A stretch of DNA of 63,267 nt, the filler included, from Octopus bimaculoides (Eukaryota): the NCBI RefSeq assembly GCF_001194135.2. It is 5 parts of 5 records of this genome, joined end to end, with 100 filler letters (N's around TTAATTAATTAA, not from the genome) between each part and the next. Parts side by side here need not be neighbours in the genome. Positions count along the whole stretch, not along the records: positions 9,482 to 37,633 come from NC_069008.1; 4 more parts are not named here. One strand, 5' to 3'. The translations under genes were made by a program, and so were the position numbers. This document shows positions 13,986-26,544 of the stretch, piece after piece; positions within the stretch are counted from its first letter, which is position 1; every line of letters begins with the position of its first letter. Below the pieces are notes generated by a model, which saw nothing but the letters and a program-made list of their open reading frames with translations, ran no database searches and had not been told where the DNA came from.

Positions 13986-14984
13986 ATAGTGTTTGATAAC
14001 AAATTTCTGTGCTGGTTAATTGTTGCTTGACGACTACATGATTTCATGTTTAGTCCTACTGCACAGCATTTTCAGCAAGTGTCTTCTACAATGGCAACCA
14101 AAGCCTTGTGAATGGACTTGGTTGGTAGAAACTGTGTAGAAGCCTATCTGTGTGTTGTGTTTGAATCTCACACTTCACAACCAGTATAGGTTTGTTTACG
14201 TCCATGACTTAGCAGCTTGCCTAAAAAGAAACTGATAGAATAAGTACCAGGCATACAGTAAGTACTGGAGATGATTTGATTGGACTGAAAAAAACTCAAG
14301 GTGGTGCTCCAGTTTGGGCAGGATGAGTGAAACTGTTAAAGAAATGAAGTTGTAGGTAGAATGTTGTCGAATTGACTTAATTCCTACCAAAATAAACATC
14401 TACCATGAAGCTGGAAATGTATTTCTCTCTTTCTCACTCTCTCTTTAACTGGGGTAACTATGTATCCCCTCTACACCAGTTTCTGACCCTCTGATCTCTC
14501 GTCACTTGGCACAAGGCCACTACCTCCAATACACAAGGCCGTCCCACCCGCCTTGAAGGATCTTTGTGTTGTGAGTTACTTGGTGATATCACCGGTGCTG
14601 GTGTCACATAATAAGCACCCAGTCCATACTGTTGGTATTTTGAAGGGCATCCAGCTGTAAAAACCCTCCCAAAACAGACAGTAAAGCCTGGTGCAGTCCT
14701 CTGGCTTACCTGCATGGAAAATGAACATTGAATAATAATAATAATGATGATGGCTCACTACACATGGGGTGGTGATTTACACATCCACCCACCATGCAGT
14801 TACTATGATGTTGTAGCTTACACATCTTCCCTAGGGTGGCAATTGACATACCTACCCTCAACACCTACATCTTGGTACTAGTTCAACACATTTATCTGGG
14901 ACACACCTTCTACCCTATACCAATTAGTGAGCCTTTACACAGGCTCTTAATCTGCTAGATAAAGCAACCAGATCTTCCTCAAAT

Positions 14985-15450
14985 CACGTGTAGTAAGAAG
15001 CTTGCTTCCCAACCACATGGTTCCAGGTTCAGTCCCACTGCATGGCATTGTGAACAAGTGTCTTCTATAGCCTCAGGCTGACCAAAGCCTTAGAAACGGA
15101 TGTTAGATGGAAACTGAAAGAAGCCTGTCATACATGTATGTGTGTGTGTGTATATATATATATATATGTATATATATATGCACGTGTGTGTGTATATATA
15201 TATATGTATATATACACGTGTGTGGGTATATAATACACACTCATGTGTCAGTGTTGGTCGCCCACCACCACTTGACAACTGGTGTTGGTGTGTTTATGTC
15301 CCTGTAACTTAGCAGTTTGACAAAAGAGATCGATATAAAAAGTACGAAGCTTAAAAAGAGAAACGTATTGGGATTGATTCATTTGACTAAAAGTTCTTCA
15401 CTGTGGTGCTCCAGCATGACCACAGTCAAATGACTGAGACAAGTAAAAGA
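14985..15450 (+). mobile_element. SINE family A copy
   Basis: Same head and tail as 47590. Confidence 0.83.
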
Positions 15451-15845
15451 TAACAGATTGATTAATATGAACCTGGGTTTCCTGCACATATGGAAAAGAC
15501 AGAATAGTCATGGCTGGAAGGCTGTTTTGCTTGATCATAGTTAAATATATGGTTTTGATGTCTCAGTTTGAGTGTGTGTATATATATATATATATACACA
15601 TAGCCGATGCTTTGACCCTTTCCTCTTCATATTCATCCTCTTGATGGTAGATCCTGACATCTTTCACTTTCTTTTTCCAGCTAGAGTAGCCATGTATCTC
15701 TTCTACAGAAAGACACCAGTTCCTATCCTTCAAACACACTCTTGCCTCTCAACACCTGGCATAAACCACCTCCCTCAAGACCCCCACCTGCAGTCAGGGG
15801 GCCTCATTTTGTTACCTTGTTAGTGATGATGACATGAAAATATAC

Positions 15846-16004
15846 AGGTGCAGCAGTGGCTGTGTGGTAAGTAGCTTGCTTATCAACCACATGGTTCTGG
15901 GTTCAGTCCCACTTAATGGCACCTTGGGCAAGTGTCTTCTATAGCCTCGGGCTAACCAAAGCCTTGTGAGTGAATTTGGTAGACAGAAACTGAAAGAAGC
16001 CTAT

Positions 16005-16057
<53 letters not shown>

Positions 16058-16310
16058 GTATATATATTTGTGTATATATATATTTGTGTGTCTGTGTTTG
16101 TCCCCCCCCCCNNNNNNNNNNNNNNNNNNNNNNNNNNNNNNNNNNNNNNNNNNNNNNNNNNNTTTACGTCCCCCTAACTTAGCGGTTTGGCAAAAGAGAC
16201 TGATAGAATAAGTACTAGGCTTACAAAGAATAAGTCCTGGGATCGATGTGCTTGACTAAAGGTGGTGCTCCAGCATGGCTGCAGTCAAATGGCAGAAATG
16301 AATAAAAGAA
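15846..16310 (+). mobile_element. SINE family A copy
   Basis: Same head and body as 47590. Confidence 0.85.
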
Positions 16311-16339
16311 TATGATGTAGTTGTGTAATTGGCTATATA

Positions 16340-16738
16340 TCTTTTATCTTTTACTTGTTTCAGTCATTTGACTGCAGCCATGCTGGGGCACCACCTTCAA
16401 GTGTTTTGGTCGAACAAATTGACCCTAGGACATTAGTGTTTGAAACCTAGTACTTTTTATATTGGTTTCTTTTGCCAAGCTGCTAAGTTATGGGGGTGTA
16501 AACACACCACCACTAGTTGTCAAGTGGTGGCAAGGGTCAAACACGCATGCGCGCACACACACATACGTATATCGTGATGGGCTTCTTTCAGTTTCCATCT
16601 CCCAAATCCACTCACAAGGCTTTGGTTGGCCTGAGGTTATATAGAAGACACCCAAGGTGTCGGTGTCACACAGTGGGACTGAACTCAGAACCATGTGGTT
16701 GGTAAGCAAGCTTTTTACTACTTAGCTACATCTGCGCC
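16340..16738 (-). mobile_element. SINE family A copy, inverted tail-to-tail with the 15846 copy
   Basis: Reverse complement of family A. Confidence 0.85.
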
Positions 16739-17599
16739 ATACATTTTAAGTTGGTGCTAACATGAGGAATATTACCTTGCTTGGAAACAGGTGTTGGTTG
16801 GCAATGAGAACTGCATCCAGCTGTAAAAAATCTGCCTCAACAAATTCTATGTGACTCATGAAAGCATGGAAAGATGGATGTTAAAATGATGTTTTGTGAA
16901 TGTGTTTTTGGTACATTGAGGCACAAATGGAAACTAACACCCTGGAAAAGGTATGTGGAGAGGGCAGATGTGAAGGTATCAGTCTAGTATAGGGATTTCA
17001 TCATCATCATCAATGTCTGTTTTCCATGCTGGCATGACTTGGATGGTTTGACAGGAACTGACCAGCTGAAGGGCTGTTCAGGCTTCATGTCTGTTTTAGC
17101 ATGGTTTCTATGTCTGGAATCCCTTTCCTAATGTCATTGCCCTTCCTAACCCCACAATGTCCTGGAGTAGATGTGCAAACTGTACCTCTTGACATTGTGG
17201 TAGTTATAAACGAGTACTGCTGTCATACAAGTTTGGATGACAGACACATAAACGTCACACAACGCCAAGATTCATGCATATCTATCACGGTGAACCTGGA
17301 AATTTGTTAAATAGAAATGGCAATGTATTGGGGTCGATAGCAAGAATCCTTTGCTGAGGCCATCTTTGCCTTTAGGCATTCCCAGGTTCAGATAAAATAA
17401 AGGAACCCAGCCAAGTTGCTGGGTTCAATTTCATATAAAGCATAACACCTTCAGATGTGAATTGAATTATAACTGAACCGCCTTGAAGGCTGTACTTCAG
17501 CATGGCTACTTTCCTCATGCCTAAACCCAATATATAAAATGTACGAATACATACAGATAAGATGCATGTAGCTATATGTGTATCTCTGTGTGTTTCTCT

Positions 17600-18345
17600 A
17601 TCTGTGTATATGTATCTATTTGTATTGATGTGTGTGTGTGTGTCTCATACAAATGGTGTTGACTCAGTTCCCTGTACAAGGCCGTGTAATTGACGGATAT
17701 ATATTTTTTTTAATCACCGTATACGCAAATATATGCATAGATCGGCATGTTGACTTAACTAACTCCCCTTTTACTAAACCTTGTGAGCTTACACGCACAT
17801 ACACACACACATATATATACACACGCACAAACTATGTAAAGAGATAAATGCACCCTATCCGCGCCGTTCATACACTGTCACACGCGCGCGCTTAACACAC
17901 ATTTCTTTGTTATCTGTCTCCTATATACTACACGTTAACACATAGATGCCTACAGTAACTGAGATATATACACACACCCATACACAGAGAAATATACGCA
18001 CCCTTGTATATACACACACACACTTATATTCCCTCTTACATATACATATAACTTACTCCTGTCGCGTGCACACACATAGAAGCACGCCTCATACACACAT
18101 ACAGTTCACTACTTTATATACATATAGCCATGTATTCGCAGAAAAACTTACACAAGGAGTGACGCACAGTGCGCACACATTAAAAAAACTCTCTCTCACA
18201 CATATGCACGTACTCAGTGACACACACATATATGCATACACATACACAAAGAAGTACCTTTTCTCTCTCGCGCGCACCCACATTTTCATATATACAAACT
18301 GTTTCACACGCACACACTTTCCTACATGCGCGCGCACACATATAC

Positions 18346-18404
<59 letters not shown>

Positions 18405-19837
18405 AAGAAACCACTCCTCTCTCTCGATCTATCACTCACACTCATTGATATTCGTGCGCGCACACACATTCACACACACACATATCCATCTGCGCGCGCT
18501 CTGTGCCGTTTAACTACGGAAGCCACTAATCCTAATTTTTCACGTCCGTATTTGCAATTTTCATTGCCGGACATATTCGTTTTTTTTTTTTCTGTCTTCA
18601 TCCTTTTGTCTTGTCTGTTCCTTCTTCATCACGTTTATCCTTTACACCTACATCCAACATTTATACTCTACACTGCAACACACTGAAACCAGAATTCCGT
18701 ATTTTTCTCTCTAAATTAATCTGAACTTCTAAAAACTGCCCCCCCCCTTACCATTTTATGCACACACACACACACACGCATTGTATTTTGTCCCTTTTAT
18801 TTGAAATCTCTCCAAAGATCCCTTAGGCTCATGGAGTTCCACTTTGCCCATCTATTTTAACGCGGGATCCTCTACGTGGTCGCACGACATTCTAGAAAAA
18901 GCAGCCAAATTTCCCCTTCCATATTACCATATAAGAGCAATGAAGTTGATTTTACACACATTCACACACGAAATTGCAGGTGTAATCCTCGGTATACGGT
19001 GACTGAATACAAAATGCAATGGTCATGGTTGGAACGCTTTGTTCACGGGATTGTTCGTTCAATGCTGTCTGCAGGCTGGGGTGCTGAATTAATATACTAC
19101 ATACACTCTCAATAATAGATGGAGTGGTCGTGGCCTGTACACCTATTACATAGTGTGTGTATGTTTATACGCGCACCATCACGCACGCACTCACCCACCC
19201 ACACACACACTATTTTGTTCCCTTTATTTGAAATCCATCTTAATAGTCCCTCTTAACATCGGTGCCCCTACGTGGTCACGCGATCTCCTAGAAATGGCAG
19301 CCGAATTCTTCTTCGATCTCACCATATATGACCAATGTTGGTAGTCTTATACACGCACACACAAACATAAGATGGTATAATCCTTGATACGCTGTGATTG
19401 AATACAAAATGGGATGGTCACGGCTGGAACACCTGAACATCTTTGGAAAGACTTCCTCCCAAATTTTATTTATTTATTTTTTGCCCAAAACCCCTGTTTT
19501 CGGATACGGAGATTCCGGAAAATTTCCAAACATTGGTATCTAGAAATTTCGCCCCGCCCTTCCTTCCTACCCCCTACCAATTTCTTCATTTTTGACTTTT
19601 TTCCCCAACCCTTAAACCCTAACCATATCCCTAACCCTAATTACAAAAATTTTTGGAAATTCTTTTCAGAATCATAATCTCCGTATTTTTCCGCATATTT
19701 TGAAAAAAAAAAGCTGTACACTGCGAGGGGAGGGGGAGATATAATTTTTTTTTTTTTTTTTTTGAAATTTTACGAAAGTTTTAGAAATTTTTTTCAGAAC
19801 CATAATCTCCGTATTTTTCCACATATTTAAAAATAAA
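17600..19837. promoter_or_regulatory. CpG-retaining island upstream of HDAC1 exon 2; candidate promoter region
   Basis: Abrupt return of CpGs between two CpG-poor blocks; GC box gccccgccc (19551) and ttccggaa (19513); abuts gap 19838-20018, where exon 1 may lie. Confidence 0.4.
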
Positions 19838-20149
19838 NNNNNNNNNNNNNNNNNNNNNNNNNNNNNNNNNNNNNNNNNNNNNNNNNNNNNNNNNNNNNNN
19901 NNNNNNNNNNNNNNNNNNNNNNNNNNNNNNNNNNNNNNNNNNNNNNNNNNNNNNNNNNNNNNNNNNNNNNNNNNNNNNNNNNNNNNNNNNNNNNNNNNNN
20001 NNNNNNNNNNNNNNNNNNTTTTTAAATGGGTTTTTTTTTTGGGGTGTACAAAAGGAAGTCTTGTATTTTCAACCACATGGTTCCAGGTTTAGTCTCATTC
20101 CATGGCACTTTGGACAAGTGCCTTCTGCTATATCCCTGAGCTGACCAAG

Positions 20150-20590
20150 CAGTGTAGTCCAAGATACACTCAGTCTGAATAAACGATGGGATGGTCACAG
20201 TTGGAATATCTTTGATCGTAGGTCTGTTGGATCAGAACTGACCTGGGGCTAGACAATAACAAAGAAGGACACATTAGACAATATAGCCCTAAGTACACTA
20301 TGTCTGACTAAAAGGTTGGATGGTCACAGTTGGAACATGTTTTGATCATAGGTCTGCTGCAGGGTTGACTTGTGGCTAAACAAGTAAGGGCATTAGATAA
20401 TGTAGTCTTAGATACAAGGTGGGATCATAGGTCTGATGCAGGTTTGACCTGGGTTTAAACAGCAAGGAAAGGACATACAATTAGTCCAAGCTATACTATG
20501 TCTGAATAAAAGATGGGACAGTTATTGTTGGAACATTTTTGATCATAAGTCTGCTGGATCTAGGCTGACCATGGGCTAAACAACCTTGTC
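20150..20590 (+). repeat. Four tandemly arranged copies of a ~110-bp dispersed repeat tail (gatgggatggtcacagttggaa...gacctggggctaaacaa)
   Basis: Units start near 20159, 20288, 20405 (partial) and 20486; relatives near 15480, 18990 and 19380. Confidence 0.75.
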
Positions 20591-21171
20591 CATTTCATTG
20601 TTTATTATAAAAGTCCATGTCGATAATACTTCTACTTCTAATATGCATGTTGGAATTCTGCTTTAAAGAACCCCATATAACCCCCTCATAACTTTATTTT
20701 TTTGGACTTTTTAGAAAAGTTTTGTGAATGAAAAAATAATTTTTTTTAAATTGTGGAATTTTAAAAAAATACTGTTTGGATGGACAGTTTGAATTTTTGG
20801 CTTAAATCTCAGCAAAAGACCATTCAATGTATTTATGAGAAGATGGATACTGAAAAGCATATGTCAGACTAACAAATGAGGATAGTATGAGGTGGTCGTG
20901 AGATGTGCTAAAAATAACAGCTAAATACCCCTAAAATTACACAAAAAAATATTTTTGCATTGTATGAATTCCTATGTAGAATACAAATTTGCAAACAATT
21001 TAAGAAAATCCCTCAAAATGTAAATGTTACGAGGGATTACATGGGGAACATAAAGTAGAATTCCTGTATGTTTTGGGTTGATTAGCAGAGATAATCTTCT
21101 ACAGTCTTGTTGTTTACCCTTTTGTTACTGTATTTCTGCTGAAATGTGTCAGGATTAATAGATTAACCTGA

Positions 21172-21386
21172 TTAACCCTTTAGCGTTCAGATTATTCTGT
21201 CAAATATGATACTTATTTATTCACATTGTTTTGAATTTATCCTGCATTATCTTGTAAACTTGAGATTTTGATGATGTAACTGTTCATGTTCAAAATGGTA
21301 AGGTAGGTGCGAGATGTCAGATCTGGCAAGTTTTGAAGGTAGAAAATTTTGGCTGGATATGGCCAGTTTAAGTGCTAAAGGGTTAA
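21172..21386 (+). mobile_element. piggyBac-like MITE (~215 bp)
   Basis: TTAA-CCCTTTAGC ... GCTAAAGGG-TTAA termini. Confidence 0.85.
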
Positions 21387-21599
21387 ATATATATTCATCT
21401 CCACTTAAAACATGGATGTTCTGCTAGAACAAGCTATACTGTAGTAGTTACCTTGAGACAAACTCATATCGGCTTTTGGTGCAACACACACACACACACA
21501 CACTGTTTGCGATGCAGTTTGGTTTAATGCCAGTGAAGCACTACTGATGGTATCTTCCTAGTAAGCCAATTGCAATAGAAGCGTTTAGTGAAAAATAAA

Positions 21600-22790
21600 C
21601 TGTTGTACCTGGTATTTGTTGAAATGGAGAAAGCCTTTGACTGGGTCCCTTCCTCCCTTATCTAGTGGTTGATGGAGAAGTTAGGGGTAGAAAACCAGCC
21701 AAGGTTTTCTACAGGGATGATGTCAGTAAAGTACAAGTTAGCAATGGGTATAGCAATGAATTAAGCATGCAGCTAGGAGTTCACCAAGGATTAGTTCTCA
21801 GCCCTCTCTTGTTTATTAGAGTCCTCCAGGCCATAACAGTGAAATTTAAGACTAGTTGCCTCTGGGAAGTCTTCTATGTCTGACCTTGTTTTTATTGCTG
21901 AATGTATAGTAGAGTTGAAGAAATTTCAGGTGTTGGGCAAGGCCTGGGATTAACCCTTTAAGCATTGATTTCTTTGTGAAATTTAGTGTTTATTTATTCA
22001 TATTGTTTAGAAATCAATCGTACATTATCTGAGCTTTGAAATTTTAATGTGGATGCATATTTTTAGGATAACATTATAGTAGGGTAGATGTGAGAGGCTG
22101 GATCTGACTGGTTTGAACGTAAAACAGGTAGAATATTTGGGCTGGATACGTGTTGGTTTAAATGCTAAAGAGTTTTCGGGCCTTAGAGTACTAGAAAGCA
22201 GGAAAACAAAACAATTACTAATCCTTTCAGGGAAATGACCCTGTTTAGTATGTAGAAAAGGTGAAGGTAAAAATTCCATTTGGTGTACCCAGTGTAAGCT
22301 ATGGACACATAAAAGGTGTAGTGAAATCACAGGAAAGTTAACAGAAAGCAGAATTTGTTTTTGGCAGCTGCGCAGGTTCAATAAACACCAACAATATACA
22401 GGTAATAGACTTCCTCAAATATCTGGAAGAATCCTTAGAGTTTCCATTACCTAGGTGACCAAGTTAGCAGTGGAGGAGGATGCTCTGCTCTGAAAGTGTA
22501 GATGCTAGAATAAGATCAAGCTGGTCAAAGTTCAGAGAGCTACTACTTTTGTTGGTAACAAAGGGCCTCTCCTTCAGAGTGAAGGGCTGATTGTGTATGT
22601 ACAGCTATACTATATGGCTGCGAAACATGGGCTGTGGCTGCAGGGAATATGTGAGGGCTTGAAAGAAATGAAGCCAGCATGCTCTGCTGGTTGTGCAATG
22701 TCAGTGTGCCTGTACAACAACAATGGTGTAAATATGTTGAGAAAAATTGGGTAATAGAAGCATCAGATGTAGTTTGCAAGAGAGAAGACT
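21600..22790 (+). mobile_element. Degenerate RTE-clade LINE reverse transcriptase fragment in HDAC1 intron 1, interrupted by a MITE
   Basis: GVHQGLVLSPLLF, ...YLGDQVSSGGGC...RIRSSWSKFREL and LYGCETWAV motifs with stops and frameshifts. Confidence 0.85.
21950..22175 (+). mobile_element. piggyBac-like MITE, degenerate, nested in the RTE fragment
   Basis: ttaaccctttaagcatt ... aatgctaaagagtt; same internal sequence as 21172. Confidence 0.75.
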
Positions 22791-22804
22791 GCACTAGTAT
22801 GGTC

Positions 22805-23098
22805 ATAAATGCGGCCATGCTGGAGCAAATCGACCCCAGGACTTATTCTTTGTAAGCCTAGTACTTATTCTATCAGTCACTTTTGCTGAACCGCTAAGTT
22901 ATGGGGACGTAGACACATCAGCATATACATACATACGACGGGCTTCTTTCAGTTTCCGTCTACTAAGCCCACTCACAAGGCTTTGGTTGGCCCGAGGCTA
23001 TAGTAGAAGACTCTTGCCCAAGGTGCCACACAGTGGGACTGAAACCGGAACCATGTGGTTGGTAAGCAAACTACTTACCACACAGCCACTCCTGCGCC
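22805..23098 (-). mobile_element. SINE family A copy in HDAC1 intron 1
   Basis: ...ccatgtggttggtaagcaaactacttaccacacagccactcctgcgcc. Confidence 0.87.
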
Positions 23099-24651
23099 TT
23101 AATTATTTCAAAATCATAAATTATATTAAATTACAAACTTAGGGCAGTAAGCTGGTAGAATCGTTAACACACCAGGTAAGATGCTTAGTGGCATTTTGTT
23201 GTCTTTATATTCTGAGTTCAAATTCTTCCGAGGTTGACTTTACCTTTCATACTTTGGGGGTGGATAAAATAAACCCCAGTTAAGCACTGGGGTAGATGTA
23301 ACCAACTTAGTCCCTTTCCTAAAATGACTGGCCTTGTGCCGAAATTTGAAACCCATTTATTAAATTATGAATTACACAGTTAGATCATTTCCAGAATTTT
23401 TTTAGAAATGGTTTTTGATGAAAAATGATGTACAAATGTAAATATACATACCAGAAGTTGACTCATTTAATGTCAGAATATGTTTTTTGAAGCAAAAACA
23501 TAGTGAAGTTGACTTTTATTTATGCTGGACAGTATAATGCTTTATTTTTTCTGTATAAATTTACTAAAACCATTAAATGGTTAAATACTTTTCGAAGATC
23601 GATGTTCATGCTGGTAATCATGGTCCAGGCCATATTTTACATTGCTTGGAGTTTCTACCTATTGCAATGGAGCCCAGGAATTTCCTTAAATAGATCAGTG
23701 TTTCTCCGCTTAAGAAGTCTAGCTTGTGTTTGCCTCCAGGAAGCTATTGCTTGCTTTCTCTGCATTAGAACAATGAAATTCATCACCTCTGACATCACTG
23801 CTACCAACTCTTACTGCATCTAACACTGACCACAACATTATAATTCAACCTTGCGCATGTAAACTCACTAAGTGAATATGATTTAGTGTTCCTACAGAAA
23901 CCTTTATTTACCTTATACAGCGTTTAATGCCGTTTCACATTCATGTTGAATTATGCAGCAATTTTATATTGTCTTCATAGAACACTTGTATGTATTACTA
24001 GTTCTTTTGGTATAATAGATTTTTGCTATTTTTGTTTATGTCTCCTCACAGATGTGTATATTCTAACAAGTCGCTTCTTAAATTTCGCACCTCTCTTGTT
24101 CAATAAACACTGAGTTAAACTTGCAAAGCTGTTTATTTTCTCCTTTCGATTTTTAATGTTTATCTCAGTGGGTTACCAAACTATCAGTTTAGTCTCCCAG
24201 CTAAAACGGTAATGACAAATTTTAAAGTTTGCTTGACATTTTATAAATGTGAAAGGGATTAAAAATTTGATGCTCCGTATCAAAGGCTCCGACAAGAATA
24301 GGCAGAAAATCAGAGCTTGAGGCAAGACATTTTCGACCAACCAAGATTCTGTTTATATAATCAGTTTGATTGGTCACCTTCCTCTGTCAGTTGAATAAAG
24401 TGTCATCCAAGCTGATGCTTATTGGTAATTCAACTTATTTTGCAACACTTGTGTGTATCTATCAGCCTTGCTTTTGTTGGTAAGAGTTATCAACAACTTT
24501 TCCCGTGATTGTGATTTGAGCAGACACAGAAGTATGCTAAAGATCAGGCATAAACACACTGAAATGCAGACCTGTCTATGTATTTATCTTCTTTGAAACA
24601 GTTCCATTTGTATTCTTCCCTCAAACATTTTTGCTTTTGTTTGTCTTCCAG

Positions 24652-24764
24652 GTGACATTGGCAATTACTATTATGGGCAGGGACATCCGATGAAACCTCA
24701 CCGTATACGCATGACCCACAACCTGATTCTCAATTATGGCCTCTATAGAAAAATGGAAATATAT
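24652..24764 (+). CDS. HDAC1: HDAC1 coding exon 2 ([38 protein letters not shown])
   Basis: ttccag acceptor, gtgagt donor, 113 nt. Confidence 0.96.
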
Positions 24765-26507
24765 GTGAGTATTATTTCATTTTCACCTATCCATCTCTGA
24801 CCACTACTCTTATCCAACCACCTCATTCTTGGTCCACTCTCAGGTGTTACCTGCAGGTTGGCTTGGCTTGAAGAATTTGTCTTGCTGATTCTTTTCTGCA
24901 ACATTCTAATCGTCCTCTAATATAGCAATCGTGTCAGTATGAATGTCTTTGGGGGCTAACCCTATTTTCTGCAGGTACTTCATAACATCACAATGCCAAA
25001 TTTTGTTGATTTTCAAGACAAGTTGCCACTAGTTTCTTTTGAAGTCTTCTTTGAACAGTCAGATGGTCGGCTTACCTGGAAAGAAACAATGCAGTTAATA
25101 TGAAGAGTTGAAATTAATGCATGCAAGATTTCACAGCTCTAGCATCACTCCTTTGTAGGCAGTCTGTGAACTTTTCACCCCATTCTGATATATCATCATT
25201 TGTCTAGTTCAGTATTGGTAAGGGTTGGACAGTTTGACACGATCCAGCAAGCTGGGGGCTGAATCAAACTCCAATGTAGCTTTGGCATGGTTTCTATAGT
25301 TGGATGCCCTTCTTAATGTCAACCACTTGACAGTATGTGCTGGGTGCTTTTCTTGTGCGAGGGGCACTAGTGTGGTTGCCAAGTAAGTTGCAAGACAGGA
25401 AGAAAAAATGGAAAAAGGAAAGCTCCTTTGTCTAATTGGAGTGAAGTATTTGAGAGGAGGAGGTGACTTTGTGCCAGGTGTTGAAAGGAATGAGCACAGA
25501 CGCCCTGCGATTGAGAAGATATATGGCTACTCAGCATTGTACAGATGTGGGTGGGAATAGCTGGGAAGAAGATAAAGATGATAGTTATAGGGTGGCTGAG
25601 TAAATCCTTGAAGCACAAGGTTAGTTTAACCTTTTAGCATTCAAACCAGCCATATCCGGCCTAAATATTCTACCAGTTCAAACCAGTCAGATCCAGCATA
25701 TTACACCTACCCTACAATATCATTCCTAATGTAAAGAGTTACATCTCAACAACTATGAGATAAGACATGATAAATTCAAAACAATGTGAATAAATAAGCA
25801 TTACAACTGACAGTAACATGAACACTAAAGGGTTAAGGAAGGATATGGTCAGTGGACTAGTGGGGTGATTTCATGAGTGTGAGAGGAAAGTGACATGGTC
25901 AGAGAAATGGGGAATACGATTTTTCCAATTTTCACCCAACAGAGTTCACTCGCAAGGTATTAGTCAACTCGTAACGATGATGGCAGACACCAACTGACGA
26001 CGTCCATGCCGCAAGAGTGAAGCCCAAACCATATTCCAAAACAAACCATCATAAACACATATCCATCCTCCATGCTTGCCCCTATGCTTTATCAAAACTA
26101 ATCTCGTTTGTTTGTGTTGTTTGCAATGTTTCAGAGACCCCACAAGGCAATCCAGGAAGAAATGACAAAATTCCACAGCGATGATTACATCAAATTTTTA
26201 AGAAGCATTCGACCAGACAATATGTCTGAATATAACAAACAGATGCAACGCTGTAAGTTGGGCTTTTTTTCTCTCCCTTTCCGTCCTCTGGTTTAACTGT
26301 GTCTCCTTTGTTGTTTTGCCCACTCTTTCATCTCTTGCTCTGTCCACAATTTACTATTTTGTCCCCCCCTTGCTGTCTTCCCTGTGTCCTATTTGCTGCT
26401 GTCTCCTCTTTTGTTCTATCTGCCGTGACTTCTCTATTGCCCTATCTTCTCTATGTAGAACTGTTCACCATAAAACAAAAAAATATCTGTAGATGTTATA
26501 TTGTTTA

Positions 26508-26544
<37 letters not shown>

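Noticed and set aside
18404-18574. Minus-strand ATG (MSGNENCKYG...) as the first exon of a divergent gene
   Set aside because: The frame hits a stop in the microsatellite and there is no convincing in-frame donor
19290-19344. ATGGCAGCC... as HDAC1 exon 1
   Set aside because: Encodes MAAEFFFD, not the expected K/R-VCYYYD; part of a repeat copy. Exon 1 was not found and may lie in gap 19838-20018.
19600-19640. taaccctaaccct as a telomeric remnant
   Set aside because: Only 2-3 imperfect units inside low-quality, repeat-like sequence next to a gap
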